From positions 1,116,001 to 1,180,000 of the forward strand of contig CM102287.1 of the NCBI GenBank assembly GCA_046563655.1: 64,000 nucleotides of DNA, read 5' to 3'. Every line of letters begins with the position of its first letter. The first letter of the stretch is position 1. Shown piece after piece: positions 20,105-35,100 of the stretch. The notes beneath the pieces are model-generated. The model saw only the letters and a list, made by a program, of their open reading frames with translations, did not search any database and had not been told where the DNA came from. Origin of the DNA: Yuukianura sp. NJ FZ-2021. Taxonomy: Eukaryota. A program made the position numbers and the translations under genes.

Positions 20105-23100
20105 TGTGAATTTGCATAGCAATTTAACCCCCTTCAAAATTCTAGAAAAACTACCTTTCTAAATACCCAACTTTGAAAGTGTACTCACATCAATTTCAAG
20201 TCGGTGAATCCGAATTTGCAATTTGATCTCACCGGAAATCCATATTTCTCGAGATACAGCCATTTTGTGAATTTGCAGAGCAATTTAACCCCCTTCAAAA
20301 TTCTAGAAAAACTACCTTTCTAAATACCCAACTTTGAAAGTGTAATCACATCAATTTCAAGTCGGTGAATCCAAATTCGCAATTAGATTTCACCGGAAAT
20401 CCATATTTCTCGAGATACCGCCATTTTGTGAATTTGCAGAGCAACTTAACCACCTTCAAAATTCTATAAAAACTATCTTTCTAAATACCCAACTTTGAAA
20501 GTATACTCACATCAATTTCAAGTCGGTGAATCCGAATTTGCAATCAGATTTCACCGGAAATCCATATTTCTCGAGATACAGCCATTTTGTGAATTTGCAG
20601 AGCAATTTAACCCCCTTCAAAATTCTAGAAAAACTACCTTTCCAAATACCCAACTTTGAAAGTGTACTCACATCAATTTCAAGTCGGTGAATCCGAATTT
20701 GCAATCAGATTTCACCGGAAATCCATATTTCTCGAAATACAGCCATTTTGTGAATTTGCAGAGCAATTTAACCCCCTTCAAAATTCTAGAAAAACTACCT
20801 TTCCAAATACCCAACTTTGAAAGTGTACTCACATCAATTTCAAGTCGGTGAATCCGGAATTTGCAATTTGATCTCACCGGAAATCCATATTTCTCGAGAT
20901 ACAGCCATTTTGTGAATTTGCGGAGCAATTTAACCCCCTTCAAAATTCTAGAAAAACACCTTTCTAAATACCCAACTTTGAAAGTGTAATCACATCAATT
21001 TCAAATCGGTGAATCCAAATTCGCATTTGGATTTCACCGGAAATCCATATTTCTCGAGATACAGCCATTTTGTGAATTTGCAGAGGAATTTTACCCCATA
21101 CAAAATTCTAGAAAAACTACCTTTTTAAATGTCCACCTTTGAAAGTATACTCACATCAATTTCAAGTCGGTGAATCCGAATTTGCAATCAGATTTCACCG
21201 GAAATCCATATTTCTCGAGATACAGCCATTTTGTGAATTTGCAAAGCAATTTAACCCCCTTCAAAATTCTAGAAAAACTACCTTTCTAAATACCCACCTT
21301 CGAAAGTGTACTCACATCAATTTCAAGTCGGTGAATCCGAATTTGCGATTAGATTTCACCGGAAATCCATATTTCTCGAGATACAGCCATTTTGTGAATT
21401 TGCGGAGCAATTTAACCTCCTACAAAATTCTAGAAAAACTACCTTTCTAAATACCCAACTTTGAAAGTGTAATCACATCAATTTCAAGTCGGTGAATCCA
21501 AATTCGCAATTAGACTTCACCGGAAATCCATATTTCTCGAGATACAGCCATTTTGTGAATTTGCAGAGCAACTTAACCACCTTCAAAATTCTATAAAAAC
21601 TATCTTTCTAAATACCCAACTTTGAAAGTGTAATCACATCAATTTCAAGTCGGTGAATCCGAATTTGCAATTAGATCTCACCGGAAATCCATATTTCTCG
21701 AGATACAGCCATTTTGTGAATTTGCAGAGCAATTTAACCACCTTCAAAATTCTAGAAAAACTACCTTTCTAAATACCCAACTTTGAAAGTGTACTCACAT
21801 CAATTTCAAGTCGTTGAATCCGAATTTGCAATTAGATTTCACCGGAAATCCATATTTCTTGAGATACAGCCATTTTGTGAATTTGCAGAGCAATTTAACC
21901 CCCTTCAAAATTCTAGAAAAACTACCTTTCTAAATACCCAACTTTGAAAGTGTAATCACATCAATTTCAAGTCGGTGAATCCAAATTCGCAATTAGATTT
22001 CACCGGAAATACATATTTCTCGAGATACAGCCATTTTGTGAATTTGCAGAGCAATTTAACCCCCTTCAAAATTCTTGAAAAACTACCTTTCTAAATACCC
22101 ACCTTTGAAAGTGTACTCACATCAATTTCAAGTCGTTGAATCCGAATTTGCAATTAGATTTCACCGGCAATCCATATTTCTCGAGATACAGCCATTTTGT
22201 GAATTTGCAGAGCAATTTAACCACCTTCAAAATTCTAGAAAAACTACCTTTCTAAATACCCAACTTTGAAAGTGTACTCACATCAATTTCAAGTCGTTGA
22301 ATCCGAATTTGCAATTAGATTTCACCGGAAATCCATATTTCTTGAGATACAGCCATTTTGTGAATTTGCAGAGCAATTTAACCCCCTTCAAAATTCTAGA
22401 AAAACTACCTTTCTAAATACCCAACTTTGAAAGTGTAATCACATCAATTTCAAGTCGGTGAATCCAAATTCGCAATCAGATTTCACCGGAAATCCATATT
22501 TCTCGAGATACAGCCATTTTGTGAATTTGCGGAGCAATTTAACCCCTTCAAAATTCTAGAAAAACACCTTTCTAAATACCCAACTTTGAAAGTGTACTCA
22601 CATCAATTTCAAGTCGGTGAATCCGAATTTGCAATTAGATTTCACCGGCAATCCATATTTCTCGAGATACAGCCATTTTGTGAATTTGCAGAGCAATTTA
22701 ACCCCCTTCAAAATTCTTGAAAAACTACCTTTCTAAATACCCACCTTTGAAAGTGTACTCACATCAATTTCAAGTCGGTGAATCCGAATTTGCAATTAGA
22801 TTTCACCGGCAAGCCATATTTCTCGAGATACAGCCATTTTGTGAATTTGCAGAGCAATTTAACCCCTTTCAAAATTCTAGAAAAACTACCTTTCTAAATA
22901 CCCAACTTTGAAAGTGTAATCACATCAATTTCAAGTCGGTGAATCCAAATTCGCAATCAGATTTCACCGGAAATCCATATTTCTCGAGATACAGCCATTT
23001 TGTGAATTTTCGGAGCAATTTAACCCCCTACAAAATTCTAGAAAAACTACCTTTCTAAATACCCAACTTTGAAAGTGTAATCACATCAATTTCAAGTCGG

Positions 23101-26100
23101 TGAATCCAAATTCGCAATTAGATTTCACCGGAAATCCATATTTCTCGAGATACAGCCATTTTGTGAATTTGCGGAGCAATTTAACCCCCTACAAAATTCT
23201 AGAAAAACTGCCTTTCTAAATACCCAACTTTGAAAGTATACTCACATCAATTTCAAGTCGGTGAATCCAAATTCGCAATTAGATTTCACCGGAAATCCAT
23301 ATTTCTCGAGATACCGCCATTTTGTGAATTTGCAGAGCAACTTAACCACCTTCAAAATTCTATAAAAACTATCTTTCTAAATACCCAACTTTGAAAGTAT
23401 ACTCACATCAATTTCAAGTCGGTGAATCCGAATTTGCAATCAGATTTCACCGGAAATCCATATTTCTCGAGATACAGCCATTTTGTGAATTTGCGGAGCA
23501 ATTTAACCCCCTTCAAAATTCTAGAAAAACACCTTTCTAAATACCCAACTTTGAAAGTGTAATCACATCAATTTCAAGTCGGTGAATCCAAATTCGCAAT
23601 TAGACTTCACCGGAAATCCATATTTCTCGAGATACCGCCATTTTGTGAATTTGCAGAGCAATTTAACCCCCTTCAAAATTCTAGAAAAACACCTTTCTAA
23701 ATACCCAACTTTGAAAGTGTAATCACATCAATTTCAAGTCGGTGAATCCAAATTCGCAATTAGATTTCACCGGAAATCCATATTTCTCGAGATACCGCCA
23801 TTTTGTGAATTTGCAGAGCAACTTAACCACCTTCAAAATTCTATAAAAACTATCTTTCTAAATACCCAACTTTGAAAGTATACTCACATCAATTTCAAGT
23901 CGGTGAATCCGAATTTGCAATCAGACTTCACCGGAAATCCATATTTTTCGAGATACAGCCATTTTGTGAATTTGCAGAGCAACTTAACCACCTTCAAAAT
24001 TCTAGAAAAACTACCTTTCTAAATACCCAACTTTGAAAGTGTACTCACATCAATTTCAAGTCGGTTGAATCCGAATTTGCAATTAGATTTCACCGGAAAT
24101 CCATATTTCTTGAGATACAGCCATTTTGTGAATTTGCAGAGCAATTTAACCCCCTTCAAAATTCTAGAAAAACTACCTTTCTAAATACCCAACTTTGAAA
24201 GTGTAATCACATCAATTTCAAGTCGGTGAATCCGAATTTGCAATCAGATTTCACCGGAAATCCATATTTCTCGAGATACAGCCATTTTGTGAATTTGCAG
24301 AGCAATTTAACCCCTTCAAAATTCTAGAAAAACACCTTTCTAAATACCCAACTTTGAAAGTGTACTCACATCAATTTCAAGTCGGTGAATCCGAATTTGC
24401 AATTAGATTTCACCGGCAATCCATATTTCTCGAGATACAGCCATTTTGTGAATTTGCAGAGCAATTTAACCCCTTCAAAATTCTTGAAAAACTACCTTTC
24501 TAAATACCCACCTTTGAAAGTGTACTCACATCAATTTCAAGTCGGTGAATCCGAATTTGCAATTAGATTTCACCGGCAAGCCATATTTCTCGAGATACAG
24601 CCATTTTGTGAATTTGCAGAGCAATTTAACCCCCTTCAAAATTCTAGAAAAACTACCTTTCTAAATACCCAACTTTGAAAGTGTAATCACATCAATTTCA
24701 AGTCGGTGAATCCAAATTCGCAATCAGATTTCACCGGAAATCCATATTTCTCGAGATACAGCCATTTTGTGAATTTTCGGAGCAATTTAACCCCTTACAA
24801 AATTCTAGAAAAACTACCTTTCTAAATACCCAACTTTGAAAGTGTAATCACATCAATTTCAAGTCGGTGAATCCAAATTCGCAATTAGATTTCACCGGAA
24901 ATCCATATTTCTCGAGATACAGCCATTTTGTGAATTTGCGGAGCAATTTAACCCCCTACAAAATTCTAGAAAAACTGCCTTTCTAAATACCCAACTTTGA
25001 AAGTATACTCACATCAATTTCAAGTCGGTGAATCCAAATTCGCAATTAGATTTCACCGGAAATCCATATTTCTCGAGATACCGCCATTTTGTGAATTTGC
25101 AGAGCAACTTAACCACCTTCAAAATTCTATAAAAACTATCTTTCTAAATACCCAACTTTGAAAGTATACTCACATCAATTTCAAGTCGGTGAATCCGAAT
25201 TTGCAATCAGATTTCACCGGAAATCCATATTTCTCGAGATACAGCCATTTTGTGAATTTGCGGAGCAATTTAACCCCTTCAAAATTCTAGAAAAACACCT
25301 TTCTAAATACCCAACTTTGAAAGTGTAATCACATCAATTTCAAGTCGGTGAATCCAAATTCGCAATTAGACTTCACCGGAAATCCATATTTCTCGAGATA
25401 CCGCCATTTTGTGAATTTGCAGAGCAATTTAACCCCCTTCAAAATTCTAGAAAAACACCTTTCTAAATACCCAACTTTGAAAGTGTAATCACATCAATTT
25501 CAAGTCGGTGAATCCAAATTCGCAATTAGATTTCACCGGAAATCCATATTTCTCGAGATACCGCCATTTTGTGAATTTGCAGAGCAACTTAACCACCTTC
25601 AAAATTCTATAAAAACTATCTTTCTAAATACCCAACTTTGAAAGTATACTCACATCAATTTCAAGTCGGTGAATCCGAATTTGCAATCAGACTTCACCGG
25701 AAATCCATATTTTTCGAGATACAGCCATTTTGTGAATTTGCAGAGCAACTTAACCACCTTCAAAATTCTAGAAAAACTACCTTTCTAAATACCCAACTTT
25801 GAAAGTGTACTCACATCAATTTCAAGTCGTTGAATCCGAATTTGCAATTAGATTTCACCGGAAATCCATATTTCTTGAGATACAGCCATTTTGTGAATTT
25901 GCAGAGCAATTTAACCCCCTTCAAAATTCTAGAAAAACTACCTTTCTAAATACCCAACTTTGAAAGTGTAATCACATCAATTTCAAGTCGGTGAATCCGA
26001 ATTTGCAATCAGATTTCACCGGAAATCCATATTTCTCGAGATACAGCCATTTTGTGAATTTGCAGAGCAATTTAACCCCCTTCAAAATTCTTGAAAAACT

Positions 26101-29100
26101 ACCTTTCTAAATACCCACCTTTGAAAGTGTACTCACATCAATTTCAAGTCGGTGAATCCGAATTTGCAATTAGATTTCACCGGCAATCCATATTTCTCGA
26201 GATACAGCCATTTTGTGAATTTGCAGAGCAATTTAACCACCTTCAAAATTCTAGAAAAGCTACCTTTCTAAATACCCAACTTTGAAAGTGTACTCACATC
26301 AATTTCAAGTCGGTGAATCCAAATTCGCAATTAGATTTCAACGGAAATCCATATTTCTCGAGATACAGCCATTTTGTGAATTTGCAGAGCAATTTAACCC
26401 CCTTCAAAATTCTTGAAAAACTACCTTTCTAAATACCCACCTTTGAAAGTGTACTCACATCAATTTCAAGTCGTTGAATCCGAATTTGCAATTAGATTTC
26501 ACCGGCAATCCATATTTCTCGAGATACAGCCATTTTGTGAATTTGCAGAGCAATTTAACCACCTTCAAAATTCTAGAAAAACTACCTTTCTAAATACCCA
26601 ACTTTGAAAGTGTACTCACATCAATTTCAAGTCGTTGAATCCGAATTTGCAATTAGATTTCACCGGAAATCCATATTTCTTGAGATACAGCCATTTTGTG
26701 AATTTGCAGAGCAATTTAACCCCCTTCAAAATTCTAGAAAAACTACCTTTCTAAATAACCAACTTTGAAAGTGTAATCACATCAATTTCAAGTCGGTGAA
26801 TCCAAATTCGCAATCAGATTTCACCGGAAATCCATATTTCTCGAGATACAGCCATTTTGTGAATTTGCGGAGCAATTTAACCCCCTTCAAAATTCTAGAA
26901 AAACACCTTTCTAAATACCCAACTTTGAAAGTGTACTCACATCAATTTCAAGTCGGTGAATCCGAATTTGCAATTAGATTTCACCGGCAATCCATATTTC
27001 TCGAGATACAGCCATTTTGTGAATTTGCAGAGCAATTTAACCCCCTTCAAAATTCTTGAAAAACTACCTTTCTAAATACCCACCTTTGAAAGTGTACTCA
27101 CATCAATTTCAAGTCGGTGAATCCGAATTTGCAATTAGATTTCACCGGCAAGCCATATTTCTCGAGATACAGCCATTTTGTGAATTTGCAGAGCAATTTA
27201 ACCCCCTTCAAAATTCTAGAAAAACTACCTTTCTAAATACCCAACTTTGAAAGTGTAATCACATCAATTTCAAGTCGGTGAATCCAAATTCGCAATCAGA
27301 TTTCACCGGAAATCCATATTTCTCGAGATACAGCCATTTTGTGAATTTTCGGAGCAATTTAACCCCTACAAAATTCTAGAAAAACTACCTTTCTAAATAC
27401 CCAACTTTGAAAGTGTAATCACATCAATTTCAAGTCGGTGAATCCAAATTCGCAATTAGATTTCACCGGAAATCCATATTTCTCGAGATACAGCCATTTT
27501 GTGAATTTGCGGAGCAATTTAACCCCCTACAAAATTCTAGAAAAACTGCCTTTCTAAATACCCAACTTTGAAAGTATACTCACATCAATTTCAAGTCGGT
27601 GAATCCAAATTCGCAATTAGATTTCACCGGAAATCCATATTTCTCGAGATACCGCCATTTTGTGAATTTGCAGAGCAACTTAACCACCTTCAAAATTCTA
27701 TAAAAACTATCTTTCTAAATACCCAACTTTGAAAGTATACTCACATCAATTTCAAGTCGGTGAATCCGAATTTGCAATCAGATTTCACCGGAAATCCATA
27801 TTTCTCGAGATACAGCCATTTTGTGAATTTGCGGAGCAATTTAACCCCTTCAAAATTCTAGAAAAACACCTTTCTAAATACCCAACTTTGAAAGTGTAAT
27901 CACATCAATTTCAAGTCGGTGAATCCAAATTCGCAATTAGACTTCACCGGAAATCCATATTTCTCGAGATACCGCCATTTTGTGAATTTGCAGAGCAATT
28001 TAACCCCTTCAAAATTCTAGAAAAACACCTTTCTAAATACCCAACTTTGAAAGTGTAATCACATCAATTTCAAGTCGGTGAATCCAAATTCGCAATTAGA
28101 TTTCACCGGAAATCCATATTTCTCGAGATACCGCCATTTTGTGAATTTGCAGAGCAACTTAACCACCTTCAAAATTCTATAAAAACTATCTTTCTAAATA
28201 CCCAACTTTGAAAGTATACTCACATCAATTTCAAGTCGGTGAATCCGAATTTGCAATCAGACTTCACCGGAAATCCATATTTTTCGAGATACAGCCATTT
28301 TGTGAATTTGCAGAGCAACTTAACCACCTTCAAAATTCTAGAAAAACTACCTTTCTAAATACCCAACTTTGAAAGTGTACTCACATCAATTTCAAGTCGT
28401 TGAATCCGAATTTGCAATTAGATTTCACCGGAAATCCATATTTCTTGAGATACAGCCATTTTGTGAATTTGCAGAGCAATTTAACCCCCTTCAAAATTCT
28501 AGAAAAACTACCTTTCTAAATACCCAACTTTGAAAGTGTAATCACATCAATTTCAAGTCGGTGAATCCGAATTTGCAATCAGATTTCACCGGAAATCCAT
28601 ATTTCTCGAGATACAGCCATTTTGTGAATTTGCAGAGCAATTTAACCCCCTTCAAAATTCTTGAAAAACTACCTTTCTAAATACCCACCTTTGAAAGTGT
28701 ACTCACATCAATTTCAAGTCGGTGAATCCGAATTTGCAATTAGATTTCACCGGCAATCCATATTTCTCGAGATACAGCCATTTTGTGAATTTGCAGAGCA
28801 ATTTAACCACCTTCAAAATTCTAGAAAAGCTACCTTTCTAAATACCCAACTTTGAAAGTGTACTCACATCAATTTCAAGTCGGTGAATCCAAATTCGCAA
28901 TTAGATTTCAACGGAAATCCATATTTCTCGAGATACAGCCATTTTGTGAATTTGCAGAGCAATTTAACCCCCTTCAAAATTCTAGAAAAACTACCTTTCT
29001 AAATACCCAACTTTGAAAGTGTAATCACATCAATTTCAAGTCGGTGAATCCGAATTTGCAATCAGATTTCACCGGAAATCCATATTTCTCGAGATACAGC

Positions 29101-32100
29101 CATTTTGTGAATTTGCAGAGCAATTTAACCCCCTTCAAAATTCTGGAAAAACTGCCTTTCTAAATACCCACCTTTGAAAGTGTACTCACATCAATTTCAA
29201 GTCGGTGAATCCGAATTTGCAATTAGATTTCACCGGCAATCCATATTTCTCGAGATACAGCCATTTTGTGAATTTGCAGAGCAATTTAACCACCTTCAAA
29301 ATTCTAGAAAAGCTACCTTTCTAAATACCCAACTTTGAAAGTGTACTCACTTCAATTTCAAGTCGTTGAATCCGAATTTGCAATTAGATTTCACCGGAAA
29401 TCCATATTTCTTGAGATACAGCCATTTTGTGAATTTGCAGAGCAATTTAACCCCCTTCAAAATTCTAGAAAAACTACCTTTCTAAATGCCCAACTTTGAA
29501 AGTGTAATCACATCAATTTCAAATCGGTGAATCCAAATTCGCAATTAGATTTCACCGGAAATCCATATTTCTCGAGATACCGCCATTTTGTGAATTTGCA
29601 GAGCAACTTAACCACCTTCAAAATTCTATAAAAACTGTCTTTCTAAATACCCAACTTTGAAAGTATACTCACATCAATTTCAAGTCGGTGAATCCGAATT
29701 TGCAATCAGATTTCACCGGAAATCCATATTTCTCGAGATACAGCCATTTTGTGAATTTGCGGAGCAATTTAACCCCATTCAAAATTCCAGAAAAACACCT
29801 TTCTAAATACCCAACTTTGAAAGTGTGATCACATCAATTTCAAGTCGGTGAATCCGAATTTGCAATTAGATCTCACCGGAAATCCATATTTCTCGAGATA
29901 CAGCCATTTTGTGAATTTGCAGAGCAACTTAACCACCTTCAAAATTCTATAAAAACTGTCTTTCTAAATACCCAACTTTGAAAGTATACTCACATCAATT
30001 TCAAGTCGGTGAATCCGAATTTGCAATCAGATTTCACCGGAAATCCATATTTCTCGAGATACAGCCATTTTGTGAATTTGCGGAGCAATTTAACCCCTTC
30101 AAAATTCTAGAAAAACACCTTTCTAAATACCCAACTTTGAAAGTGTAATCACATCAATTTCAAGTCGGTGAATCCGAATTTGCAATTAGATCTCACCGGA
30201 AATCCATATTTCTCGAGATACAGCCATTTTGTGAATTTGCAGAGCAATTTAACCCCCTTCAAAATTCTAGAAAAACACCTTTCTAAATACCCAACTTTGA
30301 AAGTGTAATCACATCAATTTCAAATCGGTGAATCCAAATTCGCAATTAGATTTCACCGGAAATCCATATTTCTCGAGATACAGCCATTTTGTGAATTTGC
30401 AGAGCAATTTAACCCCCTTCAAAATTCTAGAAAAACTACCTTTCTAAATACCCAACTTTGAAAGTATACTCACATCAATTTCAAGTCGGTGAATCCGAAT
30501 TTGCAATCAGATTTCACCGGAAATCCATATTTCTCGAGATACAGCCATTTTGTGAATTTGCGGAGCAATTTAACCCCCTTCAAAATTCTAGAAAAACACC
30601 TTTCTAAATACCCAACTTTGAAAGTGTGATCACATCAATTTCAAGTCGGTGAATCCGAATTTGCAATTAGATCTCACCGGAAATCCATATTTCTCGAGAT
30701 ACAGCCATTTTGTGAATTTGCAGAGCAACTTAACCACCTTCAAAATTCTATAAAAACTGTCTTTCTAAATACCCAACTTTGAAAGTATACTCACATCAAT
30801 TTCAAGTCGGTGAATCCGAATTTGCAATCAGATTTCACCGGAAATCCATATTTCTCGAGATACAGCCATTTTGTGAATTTGCGGAGCAATTTAACCCCCT
30901 TCAAAATTCTAGAAAAACACCTTTCTAAATACCCAACTTTGAAAGTGTGATCACATCAATTTCAAGTCGGTGAATCCGAATTTGCAATTAGATCTCACCG
31001 GAAATCCATATTTCTCGAGATACAGCCATTTTGTGAATTTGCGGAGCAATTTAACCCCCTTCAAAATTCTAGAAAAACACCTTTCTAAATACCCAACTTT
31101 GAAAGTGTAATCACATCAATTTCAAGTCGGTGAATCCGAATTTGCAATTAGATCTCACCGGAAATCCATATTTCTCGAGATACAGCCATTTTGTGAATTT
31201 GCAGAGCAATTTAACCCCCTTCAAAATTCTAGAAAAACACCTTTCTAAATACCCAACTTTGAAAGTGTAATCACATCAATTTCAAGTCGGTGAATCCGAA
31301 TTTGCAATTAGATCTCACCGGAAATCCATATTTCTCGAGATACAGCCATTTTGTGAATTTGCAGAGCAATTTAACCCCTTCAAAATTCTAGAAAAACACC
31401 TTTCTAAATACCCAACTTTGAAAGTGTAATCACATCAATTTCAAATCGGTGAATCCAAATTCGCAATTAGATTTCACCGGAAATCCATATTTCTCGAGAT
31501 ACAGCCATTTTGTGAATTTGCAGAGCAATTTAACCCCCTTCAAAATTCTAGAAAAACTACCTTTCTAAATACCCAACTTTGAAAGTATACTCACATCAAT
31601 TTCAAGTCGGTGAATCCGAATTTGCAATCAGATTTCACCGGAAATCCATATTTCTCGAGATACAGCCATTTTGTGAATTTGCGGAGCAATTTAACCCCTT
31701 CAAAATTCTAGAAAAACACCTTTCTAAATACCCAACTTTGAAAGTGTGATCACATCAATTTCAAGTCGGTGAATCCGAATTTGCAATTAGATCTCACCGG
31801 AAATCCATATTTCTCGAGATACAGCCATTTTGTGAATTTGCAGAGCAACTTAACCACCTTCAAAATTCTATAAAAACTGTCTTTCTAAATACCCAACTTT
31901 GAAAGTATACTCACATCAATTTCAAGTCGGTGAATCCGAATTTGCAATCAGATTTCACCGGAAATCCATATTTCTCGAGATACAGCCATTTTGTGAATTT
32001 GCGGAGCAATTTAACCCCTTCAAAATTCTAGAAAAACACCTTTCTAAATACCCAACTTTGAAAGTGTGATCACATCAATTTCAAGTCGGTGAATCCGAAT

Positions 32101-35100
32101 TTGCAATTAGATCTCACCGGAAATCCATATTTCTCGAGATACAGCCATTTTGTGAATTTGCAGAGCAACTTAACCACCTTCAAAATTCTATAAAAACTGT
32201 CTTTCTAAATACCCAACTTTGAAAGTATACTCACATCAATTTCAAGTCGGTGAATCCGAATTTGCAATCAGATTTCACCGGAAATCCATATTTCTCGAGA
32301 TACAGCCATTTTGTGAATTTGCGGAGCAATTTAACCCCCTTCAAAATTCTAGAAAAACACCTTTCTAAATACCCAACTTTGAAAGTGTAATCACATCAAT
32401 TTCAAGTCGGTGAATCCGAATTTGCAATTAGATCTCACCGGAAATCCATATTTCTCGAGATACAGCCATTTTGTGAATTTGCAGAGCAATTTAACCCCTT
32501 CAAAATTCTAGAAAAACACCTTTCTAAATACCCAACTTTGAAAGTGTAATCACATCAATTTCAAATCGGTGAATCCAAATTCGCAATTAGATTTCACCGG
32601 AAATCCATATTTCTCGAGATACAGCCATTTTGTGAATTTGCAGAGCAATTTAACCCCCTTCAAAATTCTAGAAAAACTACCTTTCTAAATACCCAACTTT
32701 GAAAGTGTACTCACATCAATTTCAAGTCGGTGAATCGGAATTTGCAATTAGATTTCACCGGAAATCCATATTTCTCGAAATACAGCCATTTTGTGAATTT
32801 GCGGGGCAATTTAACCCCCTACAAAATTCTAGAAAAACTACCTTTCTAAATACCTAACTTTGAAAGTGTAATCACATCAATTTCAAGTCGGTGAATCCAA
32901 ATTCGCAATTAGATTTCACCGGAAATCCATATTCCTCGAGATACAGCCATTTTGTGAATTTGCGGAGCAATTTAACCCCCTACAAAATTCTAGAAAAACT
33001 ACCTTTCTAAATACCCAACTTTGAAAGTGTACTCACATCAATTTCAAGTCTGTGAATCGGAATTTGCAATTAGATTTCAACGGAAATCCATATTTCTCGA
33101 GATACAGCCATTTTGTGAATTTGCAGAGCAATTTAACCCCCTTCAAAATTCTAGAAAAACTACCTTTCTAAATACCCAACTTTGAAAGTGTACTCACATC
33201 AATTTCAAGTCGGTGAATCCGATTTTTCAATTAGATTTCACCGGAAATCCATATTTCTCGAGATACAGCCATTTTGTGAATTTGCGGGGCAATTTAACCC
33301 CCTACAAAATTCTAGAAAAACTACCTTTCTAAATACCCACCTTTGAAAGTGTACTCACATCAATTTCAAGTCGGTGAATCCGAATTGGCAATTAGATTTC
33401 ACCGGCAATCCATATTTCTCGAGATACAGCCATTTTGTGAATTTGCAGAGGAATTTTACCCCATACAAAATTCTAGAAAAACTAGCTTTTTAAATGTCCA
33501 CCTTTGAAAGTATACTCACATCAATTTCAAGTCGGTGAATCCGAATTTGCAATCAGATTTCACCGGAAATCCATATTTCTCGAGATACAGCCATTTTGTG
33601 AATTTGCGGAGCAATTTAACCCCCTTCAAAATTCTAGAAAAACTACCTTTTTAAATGTCCACCTTTGAAAGTATACTCACATCAATTTCAAGTCGGTGAA
33701 TCCGAATTTGCAATCAGATTTCACCGGAAATCCATATTTCTCGAGATACAGCCATTTTGTGAATTTGCGGAGCAATTTAACCCCCTTCAAAATTCTAGAA
33801 AAACTACCTTTTTAAATGTCCAACTTTGAAAGTATACTCACATCAATTTCAAGTCGGTGAATCCGAATTTGCAATCAGATTTCACCGGAAATCCATATTT
33901 CTCGAGATACAGCCATTTTGTGAATTTGCGGAGCAATTTAACCCCCTTCAAAATTCTAGAAAAACACCTTTCTAAATACCCAACTTTGAAAGTGTAATCA
34001 CATCAATTTCAAGTCGGTGAATCCGAATTTGCAATTAGATCTCACCGGAAATCCATATTTCTCGAGATACAGCCATTTTGTGAATTTGCAGAGCAATTTA
34101 ACCACCTTCAAAATTCTAGAAAAGCTACCTTTCTAAATACCCAACTTTGAAAGTGTACTCACATCAATTTCAAGTCGTTGAATGAGAATTTGCAATCAGA
34201 TTTCACCGGAAATCCATATTTCTTGAGATACAGCCATTTTGTGAATTTGCAGAGCAATTTAACCCCTTCAAAATTCTAGAAAAACTACCTTTCTAAATAC
34301 CCAACTTTGAAAGTGTAATCACATCAATTTCAAGTCGGTGAATCCAAATTCGCAATTAGATTTCACCGGAAATCCATATTTCTCGAGATACAGCCATTTT
34401 GTGAATTTGCAGAGCAATTTAACCCCCTTCAAAATTCTAGAAAAACTACCTTTCTAAATACCCAACTTTGAAAGTATACTCACATCAATTTCAAGTCGGT
34501 GAATCCAAATTCGCAATTAGATTTCACCGGAAATCCATATTTCTCGAGATAACGCCATTTTGTGAATTTGCAGAGCAACTTAACCACCTTCAAAATTCTA
34601 TAAAAACTGTCTTTCTAAATACCCAACTTTGAAAGTATACTCACATCAATTTCAAGTCGGTGAATCCGAATTTGCAATCAGATTTCACCGGAAATCCATA
34701 TTTCTCGAGATACAGCCATTTTGTGAATTTGCGGAGCAATTTAACCCCTTCAAAATTCTAGAAAAACTACCTTTTTAAATGTCCAACTTTGAAAGTATAC
34801 TCACATCAATTTCAAGTCGGTGAATCCGAATTGGCAATTAGATTTCACCGGCAATCCATATTTCTCGAGATACAGCCATTTTGTGAATTTGCAGAGGAAT
34901 TTTACCCCATACAAAATTCTAGAAAAACTACCTTTTTAAATGTCCACCTTTGAAAGTATACTCACATCAATTTCAAGTCGGTGAATCCGAATTTGCAATC
35001 AAATTTCACCGGAAATCCATATTTCTCGAGATACAGCCATTTTGTGAATTTGCGGAGCAATTTAACCCCCTTCAAAATTCTAGAAAAACTACCTTTTTAA